Below, piece by piece: positions 35,503 through 46,800 of a DNA stretch of 64,000 nt. This stretch comes from Podarcis gaigeae (Eukaryota). Where the stretch lies: assembly GCA_964106915.2 (NCBI GenBank), contig OZ066925.1, one strand, 5' to 3'. Under the pieces are notes generated by a model, which made no database searches, had not been told where the DNA came from, and saw nothing but the letters and a program-made list of their open reading frames with translations. Numbering within the stretch: the first letter of the stretch is position 1; each line of letters starts with the position of its first letter. Made by a program: the position numbers and the translations under genes.

Positions 35503-36302
35503 TAATTGTTTTGTTAAAAGCCTAGCTCATAAATCCTACAAATAAGCTTGTATCATACTGTTCTTTTTTATTGTATTAAAACACTTTTTTTTTCTCTCTC
35601 AACTGTGTTCTTTGTTTCCCCTCTTTCGAGGAGACTAGATAATTTCAAACAAAACTGACAGGATGTTAGAATTACTTAAAATTTCACAATGCAGGAAGAA
35701 AATATTAAAACACTTCATCAGCTTCTTGTCTCAGACGGAATCTTATATTTTGAAATAAACAAAAGGTTTCAGAATCTTTTTGTGATTTTATTTTTTATTT
35801 TTAAGAATGCACCTGACACATTTAGTAGATGCTTTCTTAGGCATGCGTTGCCAGAGTCTGTAATGCTAATTGTGTATACAAGAGCTTCTAAAAGCTCTGT
35901 TGTTCCTACAAGTGAAGTGGAAGATAATGAGAGGAAGGAAGCGCTTTAGGTGATATTTAACCTCTGCCCTCTTTCACGAAAACCGTGGTAAAACGAAAGC
36001 CTCTTAATTTGTTCATGATTGTATATGGGCAGGGGTGTGGAACTTTGGACTGTGACACCAATTCAGTCTCCCATAGTTCTCTGTTTGGCCCTTGGCATTC
36101 TCCCCATGTCACCCCTGTCACTCACCCTCCTCTGCATCCTCCTCTAAGTTCTTTTGCATGTCTGGAACGTGTTCTTGGACTGTGATTGCGCCTTTCTACT
36201 TGCCTGGATGTGGATATATGTGCAGGGGCAGGGATGTAGGCATCTCTGGCCTCTGCATGGTTAGAATACAGCCTATTGTCCAAGGGTAAGTTGCCCACTA
36301 TA

Positions 36303-36662
36303 GGACGTGGGTGGTGCTGTGGGTTAAACTACAGAGCCTAGGACTTGTCAATCAGAAGGTCGGCAGTTCGAATCCCATGACGGGGTGAGGTCCTGTTTTT
36401 CAGTCCCTGCTCCTGCCAACCTAGCAGTTCGAAAGCACGTCAAAGTGCAAGTAGATAAATAGGTACCACTCCAGTGGGAAGGTAAACGGTGTTTCCGTGT
36501 GCTGCTCTGGTTCGCCAGAAGTGGCTTAGTCATGCTGGCCGCATGACCCGGAAGCTGTCTGTAGACAAACGCCGGCTCCCTCGGCCAATAAAGCGAGATG
36601 AGCGCCGCAACCCCAGAGTCGGTCATGACTGGACCTAATGGTCAGGGGTCCCTTTACCTTTT
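36303..36662 (+). mobile_element. Sauria SINE
   Basis: Head, GTTCGAATCC B box and tail; approximate TSD taa(g/a)ttgcccact. Confidence 0.95.
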
Positions 36663-38057
36663 TAAATTGCCCACTCACTTCTGCACCTGGACCCACCTAC
36701 CCTGACATACTGCTCCTGACAGGTTGCCCTCAAGGGAATGCAGCCCTTGGATTGAAAAAGGCTTTCCCATCTCTGACACCTGGTATTCATTTAATGATAG
36801 TAGTAATTCGCTCCCCCAAAGTGCTTTTGAGTGTTCAAAGGGCTTCGCATGGATTATTTTAGCAATCCTAATAAAGTGTGAGGTGGGGTTGGCCTTGTGC
36901 CCATTTTGTGGAATTTTGAGGAAGACCGAGGCTGAAAGAAACAGTCACTTGGTCAAGGTCACCTAGTAAGTTCATTGTTAAGGTGAGATTTGAACTGGCT
37001 CTTGCTGCTCCATTCACTTCTTGCGCCATCATGGTATTCTGCCAGTTCGTTGGCCTCTGTTTTTGTATTTCAATGGTGTGGGTTCAGGGCATACGGGTTA
37101 TGTAAGATTGGCAGCCCTGTGCCCTGTGGAAGCTGTGTAGGGTTGCTGGATCGTGCGGCAGATGATTTCAATCTGCATAGCTGTGGGTTGTCTGAGAAAC
37201 TGCTTAAGATAAGTGCCAACTCTTGATAGATTATTTGGCTAAAATGGAGTGGACTGTGTGTAGAGCATAATTACTTCTCTGCTTTCTTGACATCTTCCTT
37301 TCCTGCTAATGGGTTGTATTGGAGTGGAATCTCAAACAGCTGCTTTGAATGGGGCATGCATTACAGGCTAAGGGAGGGCAAATTATGTCCCCGTCTTCCC
37401 TGCCACCCATCAACAATAAAGCAGGCAAGGCACTAAATTAAAAGTTTTTATCTGCCAGAAGATTCTGGGAACTGTCTTTTACTTATTCTGTTCCATCTCA
37501 GGTTTATTTTGCTTTGTTTTCAGAGTGGGGTCAGGCGAACCAGTCGCAGAGACTGGCTGACCTTTGTGATGGGGGGCGGCAGCGAAATAGCTGATCTCTT
37601 AACCTCTTCATTGGAAGGCAAGATGGGCAGCAATGAACTTTTTTGCTGTTTCTTTGCTTTATATAGTAAGCTATTGATTTTTACACACAAACAATGCTTC
37701 ATCGGTGAAAAGGAGGTCGTTCTTCTGCCCCTGTGCACCGGGATGCCGATGTAGAGATTGAGTGTGGGGGGGAGGGAATCAGTGAAGTGCAAAGGGATCT
37801 GATATGAATAGGAAGCACAGATTTTAGTGCAGTGTGTAGGAAATATAAAAAAGAATGATAAATGGGCCTGCGGGGGGTGGGGGGCAGTGTTAAAAACACA
37901 GAGGAAAGTTCTGAGCAATTCAGCTGTCTAGGTTCTCTGGAAGTGATATGTTTGGATTGTATAGAATTTGTCTTCCATGCATGCAAGTTTGCTATCTTGA
38001 GGGCAGGAGTGGACTTAGTACACATGGTCTGCAGGAAGTAGTAAGTGCATAGCTTAC

Positions 38058-38193
38058 NNNNNNNNNNNNNNNNNNNNNNNNNNNNNNNNNNNNNNNNNNN
38101 NNNNNNNNNNNNNNNNNNNNNNNNNNNNNNNNNNNNNNNNNNNNNNNNNNNNNNNNNNNNNNNNNNNNNNNNNNNNNNNNNNNNNNNNNNNNN
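38058..38193. other. Assembly gap (136 N)
   Basis: Run of N. Confidence 1.
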
Positions 38194-38545
38194 GTAACCG
38201 GCTTCTGATGGTAACAGATTATATCACACTTCCTGGAAATAATGTATTGACAGAATGTATTGGGAGGTGATGCACACTTTGAAGTAGTTGGTAGAAAGAC
38301 AAGTTCATAGAAGTAACTTGTTTTACAGTCAGTTAAATGACTTGAAGTTACTGTAATGACTTATTACCTGATTCTGAGAGGCTAGGTAGTATAGAAGCTT
38401 GAAAAATAAATGTCCACTTGTGCCATGAAAATACCTGCTTACTTTAATGGATGCTCCATTTATGAATAGTTTTTAAACAACCAACCAATGGGTGGGGTTT
38501 CTATACATACAGATAAATCAGACCCCACATACTGGGAATGGTATA

Positions 38546-38786
38546 CAGTTGTACCTTGGTTGACAAATGCCTTGCGACTCAAACGTCTTGGCTCCCGAAC
38601 GCCACAAACCCGGAAGTGAGTGTTCCGATTCGCGAATGTTCTTTGTAACCCAAACATCGGACATGGCTTCCAATTGAATGCAGGAGCCTCTTGCAGCCAG
38701 TCAGAAGCTGTGCTATGGTTTTCAAACATTTTGGAGGTCAAACAGACTTCCGGAACAGATTCCATTCGTCAACCAAGGTATGATTG
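38546..38786 (+). mobile_element. Tc1/mariner (Tigger-like) MITE
   Basis: TA TSDs; TIRs cagttgtaccttggttgac / gtcaaccaaggtatgattg. Confidence 0.88.
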
Positions 38787-41478
38787 TATAGAGGTTGACT
38801 TTTGTTCCGTCACTGTGGCCACACTCACCACTGGAATGCAGGCCCCACCAGAAGGTTTCCCAAGAGTAAATGTGCTTCTCAGGCTGAAAAACATTGGCTA
38901 TTCTGATTTACTTGGATTTACAAATGCTGCTCTCTGGTGTGGTTTGCTGTTCAGCTTAGAACTGTCTTACTAGGCTTCCCTATCTCTGATTGTTTCACTA
39001 TCGCAACTACCTTTGTGGGCAGAAGTAATTGCTGTTGTTCATGTTTTACAGGGTTGGAACCGAGACTGAGAGAGTGATTGCCCAAGACTGCTGAAAGGGA
39101 TGTGGTGTAGCATTTGAATTTCTGAGTTCAGAAATGTGTGTCTGGCTCTCTTGATGTTGTTATATACTTACTGATCTTCAGTGTATGCCTTGACTGTTCA
39201 CGTTCGCTGATAAATAATATATTCAGTTACGGAAAACAAGGGTAGGAGGTGGTAGAATACTGCAGTAAATTTAGCAGCTGTGATAGCACTGTTTGCTCTG
39301 CAGTTAACAGGTTTTTGCATGACTTGCTGGAATCCAGATTGCAGTATTTGCATTGTCCTGGGATTGGATTCCAGTAGCTGCAGCATTCCATGGTATGGCA
39401 GCTAGGTTCTTGGTGTTGATGTCTGAAGTGCTTAGCATACATATTTGGAAGCAAATCCCACTGGAACGTTTGACAGAACCAGGTTCGAATTGTGCTCTAA
39501 AATGCAATCTCATTCGAACCTACTATTGAGTAAATGTTGGACTAAAACTACATTTAAATCAACCAGCCTTTCTTTCATATTAGTGTAAGGATTGTCTTGA
39601 AATCTTGCTGTATACTCTTAGTCAGAAGAAATGCAATTCTTTTCTAATGAAGATTAAACGTTCTTCGGACAGAGTTGCCAGAGTTGAAGACTGGGAGATA
39701 AACTGGGAACCTCCTGACTTACCTTTGGAATGTCTTCACGCTCAGGTCAAGGTCTTTGCTAACCTGATGCCCTCTAGATGTTTTGGATTACAACTCCCAT
39801 CAGTTGTGCTGGTTGGGGCTGATGGAAGTTGTAGGCCAAAATATCTGGGTGGTGGGGAGGCAGAACTAGCAGATACAAAGCCATTGTCTTGGAAGTGACA
39901 TCTTATCAGTAGCTGCTAGTCATGATGGCTCTACAAACATCTGGATCTCAGAGGCAGTCTTGTATACCCCTCAGCACTTGATGTGTTGCTTAGAAACTAT
40001 GGGAGAGGGCCATAGTCATCATGTCCTGCTGTACTGGGATCTTTCCAACAGGGCAGCTAGTGGTGGGTTGTCCTGTAGAGTGGAAGAGATCTTTGCCTGA
40101 GCCGCCCTCTCTCCTCTTATGTACTGTTGAAACAGTGAAGGGCCACTAAAGCCTGTTGACTCTGTCTCAACATGTTTTGTCATTCTCTTGGAATACAGGC
40201 AGACAGAGAAGAGGCATCCATGTTTTCCTGGTATGGTCAGATAAAGACTGTTCTATTTCTCCTTCCCCAACCTGGTGTGGTACTTTCCAGGAGCAGATAA
40301 CAGAATGGATGTATTTTCTCCAAAATACTATAAATGCGGTGAAACCTGACTCCCAATTGTTCCCAAGCAGACGTTTTATCAAAATAACGTGGATATGTTT
40401 AGGCATAACATCACAAGGTTTTCTTCTGTCTTGTGTAAAGCAAAGGCAAGAACAGAATGAAATGTCAATAGAAGCCAACTACATCATGGGAAAACACATG
40501 GCAGATGTTGAAATGGTTTCTAAAATTTTGCAAAGTTAACAAGATAGTGGAAAATCCTAAGGACTGTGGAAAAGCGAGCAAGAAATAAGCTGCTTTCCTA
40601 TTGGGATGAAGCATGGTGACCTTTTCCTTGTTTGATCAGCTGGGTTGTGTGCATATTTCTGCATGGGAAGCTAAAACGGTATCAGAGTTGCAGATGTGTC
40701 TCTGTCCCCGCCCAGTGATTTAGTGACCTCTAATAGATTCACTTGAGAAAACTCTTGGGAGCCTTCAATAGGGACCTTTTATATGCTTTTTGAAAATTGA
40801 ATTTAGTCACATTTCTTCCTGTTGCCTGTGCAATCAGGGATGCATACCAAAGGGACCACAACTTTGCATAGGATTACTTTACCCTGCAGTTTCTCTTAAG
40901 TCCCAGGACAGGGCTTCCCAAACTCTGGTCGGTCTGCCACCTCTGGTCGGCAAAGCTTCATTCAGATGGTCTGCGGTGCCTGGGGAGAACAGCGGGAGCC
41001 ATGCATCAAATAGTCATATTTGTAATTGTATTTTTATTGCTTCTTTTTGTTTCTTATATTGTGTTTTAAGATGGAGATCTGTGGAATTCAGATTGGAATC
41101 AATAAAACACAATATAATAAAGGAAGCGATAAAAATACAATTAAAAATGACAGCATTTTGCACAGCATAAGCTAACTTCAGACAGAAGTCTGAAGAGGTG
41201 AGACTTGTATAAAACAAGTTATGGGGGGGGGGAACCATTTTCAGCAGAACTTAATCAGCAGTCACTTTTTTCAGTGAGGTCACTTGCCTCATGAAGAACA
41301 GCTTGGTTCCTGTGTGGTTTCCTGGCATCAACTGTAGCCAGGCAGCAGAGGCCTGTAGAAGCCTGCATCTGGTTGGAGGCTTGGAGCTTCTTGATCTAAC
41401 CACTAAATTAAGGGCAAAATCCTTTAGTGAAAACAGATGTGGATTGATATATTTTATTTTTTAATAGCTGAGTTCGCA

Positions 41479-41813
41479 CATGTTAAACCCTAGTTAATGT
41501 TTAACTATGGTTTAATACAACTAACATCTTGCAGTGCAGACTAGCAGTATGTATGCTAGTGTGCACTGTTTAATAGTCCCTGTTTTGCTTCTCCACACCA
41601 GACTTTGCCAGGAGCAACACAGCCTTGGCTTGTCGTGTCATCTGTACCCAAGCTCATGCTTCCAAACAAACCATGAACAGTAGCCAGTATTTGTTCTTGG
41701 CTTGCTTCTAATGATTTGTTTTAGGGAACGGCATTACAATAATGTGTACTAGCATGCTGCTCCTTTGCATTAAACTATAGTTAAACCATTTGCACTAAAC
41801 CATCGTTTAACAT
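41479..41813. mobile_element. Old palindromic MITE-like element
   Basis: Left atgttaaaccctagtt...tttaactatggtttaat is inversely complementary to right attaaactatagttaaa...aaaccatcgtttaacat. Confidence 0.55.
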
Positions 41814-41904
41814 TAAAGCATGCATTAAAGCGACATTCAAACACATCCACTGGATGCTTTTAATATGGCGGTTTGGTACTCTGTATCTGGGTGCATAAAA
41901 AGCA

Positions 41905-42005
41905 AAGACAGCTGTGTTGGCCCATAAGAAATGGCCAACCAAAATATAATAAAACAGTTAGCAAGGTTTTGAGTTCCTCAGAACTGTTCTTCAGGCTAAA
42001 CGTTA
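41905..42005 (-). mobile_element. Penelope-like pLTR remnant with degenerate type I hammerhead ribozyme
   Basis: Minus strand TTAGC-CTGAAGA-ACAGTTCTGAGGAACTC-AAAA-CCTT-GCTAA, plus a GTTGGCC/GGCCAAC inversion. Confidence 0.55.
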
Positions 42006-42851
42006 CGCAAAGCAGTGGGTGGTGAGGGCAGAAAACAAAAGAAGCACAACACCATCGTGGTTGTATGTTGCAGCCATGAGGTCTGTGTTAACACTCTATC
42101 TCAAGATGGAAATTGCAGATGGAGGCAGTTTGCCTAGAAAACTGTTGGCACAAGAAACTGCTGTCAAAGCTGGGTCTATCTCAATATTTAATTCTAAAGA
42201 TCCTAGTATTTTGACCTCCACCCCCCAATTCTAGAATCAAGCTTTGTACAGTCTGGCTGCCTTAACATTCATTTGGAAAGAATAAATGGCAAAAGCTACA
42301 AAATGAGCTTTCTTAGGTCAGTCCAGCTCTTCTCCGTGCTTCCCCCCCCCCAACCTGGCAAATACGCCTTAGGGTCCTTGGGAGGCTGTGTTGCAGTAAG
42401 ACCTCTGATATTTGCCGATACCATATTTGCTTTCTTATTAAAGCAAATTCCACTGGCTTCGGCCTCATCACAAATCCTCACAGCTCAAAGTATTAATCAG
42501 GATATGATAGCTGAAGGTAGCCAAATATTATTGGACAGGCTGCGATCTCTGTCCGGCTAGATCATGCACTTTGTTCAAACTGCACCATACTAAATTGTCT
42601 CCGCAGCATAGCTGCTAAAACCAGAACAAAACGGATAACAATTGCCATGTGTGGAAAATTATTAAGGCTCCTTCCTCAGTTATGCCTGAATTCATTATGG
42701 TCTACAATAGGGATGTATCTGGTAGTTAAATCTCAGACTGACCATATTGGTAATACAAACACGAATCAATTGTAAACTTTTATTTTTGTGTGGTGGTAGT
42801 TTTCCCTGAGGCAAACTGATTATTTGTATTAGGAGCTTCACAACTGGCATA

Positions 42852-43116
42852 CAGTCGTACCTTGTAAATCGAACGGAATCCATTCTGGAAGTCTGTTCGA
42901 CTTCCAAAACGTTCAGGAACCAAAGCATGGCTTCTGATTGGCAGCAGGAAGCCAATCGGAAACTGCTCCTGCAGCCAATCGGAAGCTGCGGAAGCCCTGT
43001 CAGATGTTCAGCTTCCAAAAATAGTTCACAAACCGGAACACTCACTTCTGAGTTTGTGGCGTTCGGGAGCCAAAACCATCCGATAACTAAGCTGTTCGAA
43101 AACTAAGGTATGACTG
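42852..43116 (-). mobile_element. Tc1/mariner MITE, same family as 38546 in opposite orientation
   Basis: TA TSDs; TIRs cagtcgtacctt / aaggtatgactg; internal sequence is the reverse complement of the 38546 copy. Confidence 0.88.
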
Positions 43117-44036
43117 TATTTGCAATCTGGTAACTGTTGGAAAATTTATTAGGGTGCAGCAAAAGTTTCTTCAGAAGTAGTATCATCGCTACATCTTTCG
43201 AGGCACTTGGAACCACCACTCCTCTTCATGTAACACACATAGAACCTCCTGTACTCCTTTGGCGGAGTCTAATTAAGGTGTGTGTTAAACAAATGGAGGC
43301 TGCACATCTCAAAATCCTCTCTCAATTACTCAGGCTGTAATACCTGGAATTCTTCTGGAATACATAGGAATACCATGACCAAGTTGTGGCATCCAAGTTA
43401 AGCATTTGCCATCATATCTCACAATGATCTATTTTTATATGCATATATTGCTAGCTGTTTCTTTCCTTATAGATATCACTTTAGGAACTGAGACCACTAC
43501 TGGGGGGGGGGGAGTGGTGCTTCAGTTAGTATACCGCCATTCCTTCCACCCTGAAATCCATATAGTTCAGCTAGTTTCCTTTATGTGCTGGTTCAATAAG
43601 GGGCACCCCAGGGAAGTTGGTGGTAATCGCACAAAGTGTATGACCTTCCTCAAAGCTCTAGAAATACCAAATGTTCCCTTCCTTTGAAATTAAAAATCTG
43701 CCTTGTTGGCTGTGGTGTTTGCTTTGTGTTGATCTTAACGGCTGTGTGCAGTTTTCATGCTAGCTCATGCAAAAAAGGAAAAGTTTCTACTGCCAAACGT
43801 TGGAGCTGGTGAAATTAGATTTCTGGGGCTCCAGATTTCAGTAATCCCTTTATGGTGGGATGGAAAGAGGCAGTGCTTGCTTATGCTTAGAGAGGGAAAT
43901 AAACACGGATGCTTTTTCATAAAAGCTATTTAATCAAATCTGTCTTTGTGCTATGAGTTCATTAAAATGTTTTGGTGCATCTTCAGATAGGAGAACTTCA
44001 AAGGCAAAATCCAATTTCTACTGCTTTACCTTTTCA

Positions 44037-44073
<37 letters not shown>

Positions 44074-45728
44074 TCTGCCAGCAGTTTCAATTATTTTTAA
44101 CCTCTTGCTAGCAACACCAGGGCTGATTGAAGAGGACACATTTGCAAACAAAGGAAACCTCCTGCGCAGTTGTGACCTTGTTTGGAAATGGATGACCATG
44201 TAAAATTGGAGCAGTGTTTTAAACAGATGCAAGTAGCAGTTCTTAATGCGATGCTCCCTGACCTGGAGTGCAAATGGACTTAAAACTTTGCTGAAAATCA
44301 TTATCCTGAACAAGGCAGGTATAGTCTACAACTTGCGTGATTCCTCCCCTGGCCCCCCTTTCTTCATTCTAATGGACAAGTTGCAAGGCTTCATTTTGCT
44401 TTCCGAGCTGTAGCCGCCTCATATGTACATTATAATGTCCTTAATATGATTGCTGCACTATTACCTAGCTGAGCTCTCATTTTCTTTCTTTAATGAGCTT
44501 GGAATATCTCTCTGCAGTAATCTAAATTTTACACAATTGTTGTAAACCTAAGTAGCAAAAGCTTTGCTGTATGGATTCTGGACTGTCAAAATCTTAATCT
44601 GGACAGTTGAAATATTTTTTTTTGGGGGGGGGAGTTACATAGCCTTAATTTTAATGCAAATTGACAGAACATTGCAGGGTCCTCTGGAGTGTTCATTTTT
44701 GCCTATACATTTTATAATAGCATGATGACATCTAGCCTGTCCAGTTGGGAGGCACGATATGTGCTAACCAGTTTTTCTGCAGCGGAAAATGGATAATCTG
44801 AAATGTTACCTATACCTCCCCCCACAACTTTGGTATTTGGGGTGCTGCCATGTATTTTCCTCAAGGGAAGTGCAAAACTCTTGCCCTTGACTTTGCATTG
44901 AGGTTCACCTTGGTCTCTCAAGTCAGGCTGATAAAATTATCTGTGCTTGATCCTTTCAGATTCACAATTTAATCTGATTTCTGAAGTTAATGTAATCAGG
45001 TGGCATATAAAGTAGTGCTTTCGAAAGCTTGCTGGATCTGGTAGCAGTTAATTCCAGGAGGTAATATTTTAATGTGGTGCTAAATTCACAGGTGCCTTCT
45101 TGAGCTTTTATTTTAAACTTTGTTTTAAAGTGAAAAATGCAGCTTGCAATGTTGGATATTGAGGACAGCCCTGTTAATTGTGAACTGCTTTCTGAAAAGA
45201 GCTCAAGTTGATAACTGGTGCTAGTCTTTTAACTCACAAACTAGCTACAGAGATGGGCAAAGTTAAGCATTTCATAGTCTAGCCGCTTAATAAGAGTTAA
45301 GTTTGTACTTGCCTATCTGCCACTGAAATAAAAGGGACTTATAACTGCTTGGCTTCATTGATAGTCTGCCACATGAATTTAGTAGTACACTTTTCATTCA
45401 GAATTACAAAGCAGTTAACAATAAAATATCTGTGCTATAAGATATCATGTTCACATTACACTATAGGCATAATGCTTACGTCTAACTCTACATTGTTTGG
45501 GAACAAGTTAAAAAGCACAGGTCCCAATGTTGTTCCTTGGGAGACTCCATTTTTCTACAGTACTTCTCTTGATTTGGAGAACTGTCCATTTATTCCTACT
45601 CTTTGCTTCCTGTAATTCCTGTTGCATGAGAATACCTTTCCTCTGATTGCTAAACTTTCTCAGGAGTCTTTGGTGAGGTATTTTGTTGAAAGCTTTGTGA
45701 AACTCCAAGTACATTATGTCAACCAGAT

Positions 45729-46077
45729 TGTTGTGACGTGGGGTTTGTGATTTCAGCTCTCTTGACATAATATGCTGGAGACAGTTCTCTAGTAACACTT
45801 CTTTATTAAAGCAAACAAGACTGAGACTTGAGGAGGGGAGAGCTACATTTATAGGGACAGGGAACTAGCTAGAAGGGATACATTTTGGAGGGAACAATAT
45901 CAGGCAATCACAGTCCTGCCTTTTGGAGGAAACCAATAAGACAGAGGATCCAAATACAGCAGCTTAAATGAACCAATAGTAGCTGTACCCTCTGGAACCA
46001 AAAGGCAGTTACTTTACCCTAATGCAATACAGACAATAATAATACAGATATAAAATCCTTTGACTCAATACACAACA
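45729..46077 (-). mobile_element. Solo LTR (349 bp)
   Basis: TGTTGTG...CACAACA termini; 5-bp TSD CAGAT (45724-45728 / 46078-46082). Minus-strand TATAAA (45848-45853) then AATAAA (45802-45807); two CCAAT motifs. Confidence 0.88.
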
Positions 46078-46128
46078 CAGATCACCTCTAATATGCTTGT
46101 CGACACTCTCAAATAAGTATTTTCCCTT

Positions 46129-46800
46129 AATAATAATAATAATAATTTATTTATTTATATCCCGCCCTCCCCAGCCAAACTCGGGCTCAGAGCGGCTAAC
46201 AAACAGTAAAAATAACACAGTTTACATAAAAATCACAATCAATTAATTGAAATACATTATAAAATCAATTCATTCTAAAATCAATTCAGTGTCAAATTAA
46301 TGGCAGCCATTGGGCTAGAGTTCTATGAGGATTACAGAAGGAGGGGGATCAGACTGTGCCTTGGCCAAAGGCCTGGTGGAACAGCTCTGTCTTGCAGGCC
46401 CTGTGGAAAGATGTCAAGTCCTGCAGGGCCCTAGTCTCTTCTAACAGAGTGTTCCACCAGATTGGGGCCACGGGGCCCTGGCTCTGGTTGAGGCCAGCCT
46501 AACCTATCTGTGGGCTGGGATCTCCAAGATGTTTTTATTTGAAGACTGTAAGGTCCTCTGTGGGACGTACCAGGAGAGGCGGTCCTGTAGGTACGAGGGT
46601 CCTAGGCCGTATAGGGCTTTAAAGGTTAAAACCAGCACCTTAAAACTGATCCTGTACTCCACCGGGAGCCAGTGCAGCTGGTAAAGCACCGGGTGAATGT
46701 GATCCCACAGCAAGGACCCCATAAGGAGTCTTGCCATGGCATTCTGCACCCGCTGGAGTTTCTGGGTCAGTCTCAAGGGCAGCCCCATGTAGAGTGAGTT
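46129..46800 (-). mobile_element. L2 LINE 3' fragment (second family)
   Basis: ORF 46504-46788: KLQRVQNAMARLL...LHWLPVEYRISFKVLVLTFKALYGLGPSYL; (AAT)/(TTTA) tail. Confidence 0.92.

Noticed and set aside
38041-38200. ttac/gtaa inverted flanks around the N run; gap length equal to the 136-bp MITE
   Set aside because: Gap content is unknown and the matches are too short to interpret.
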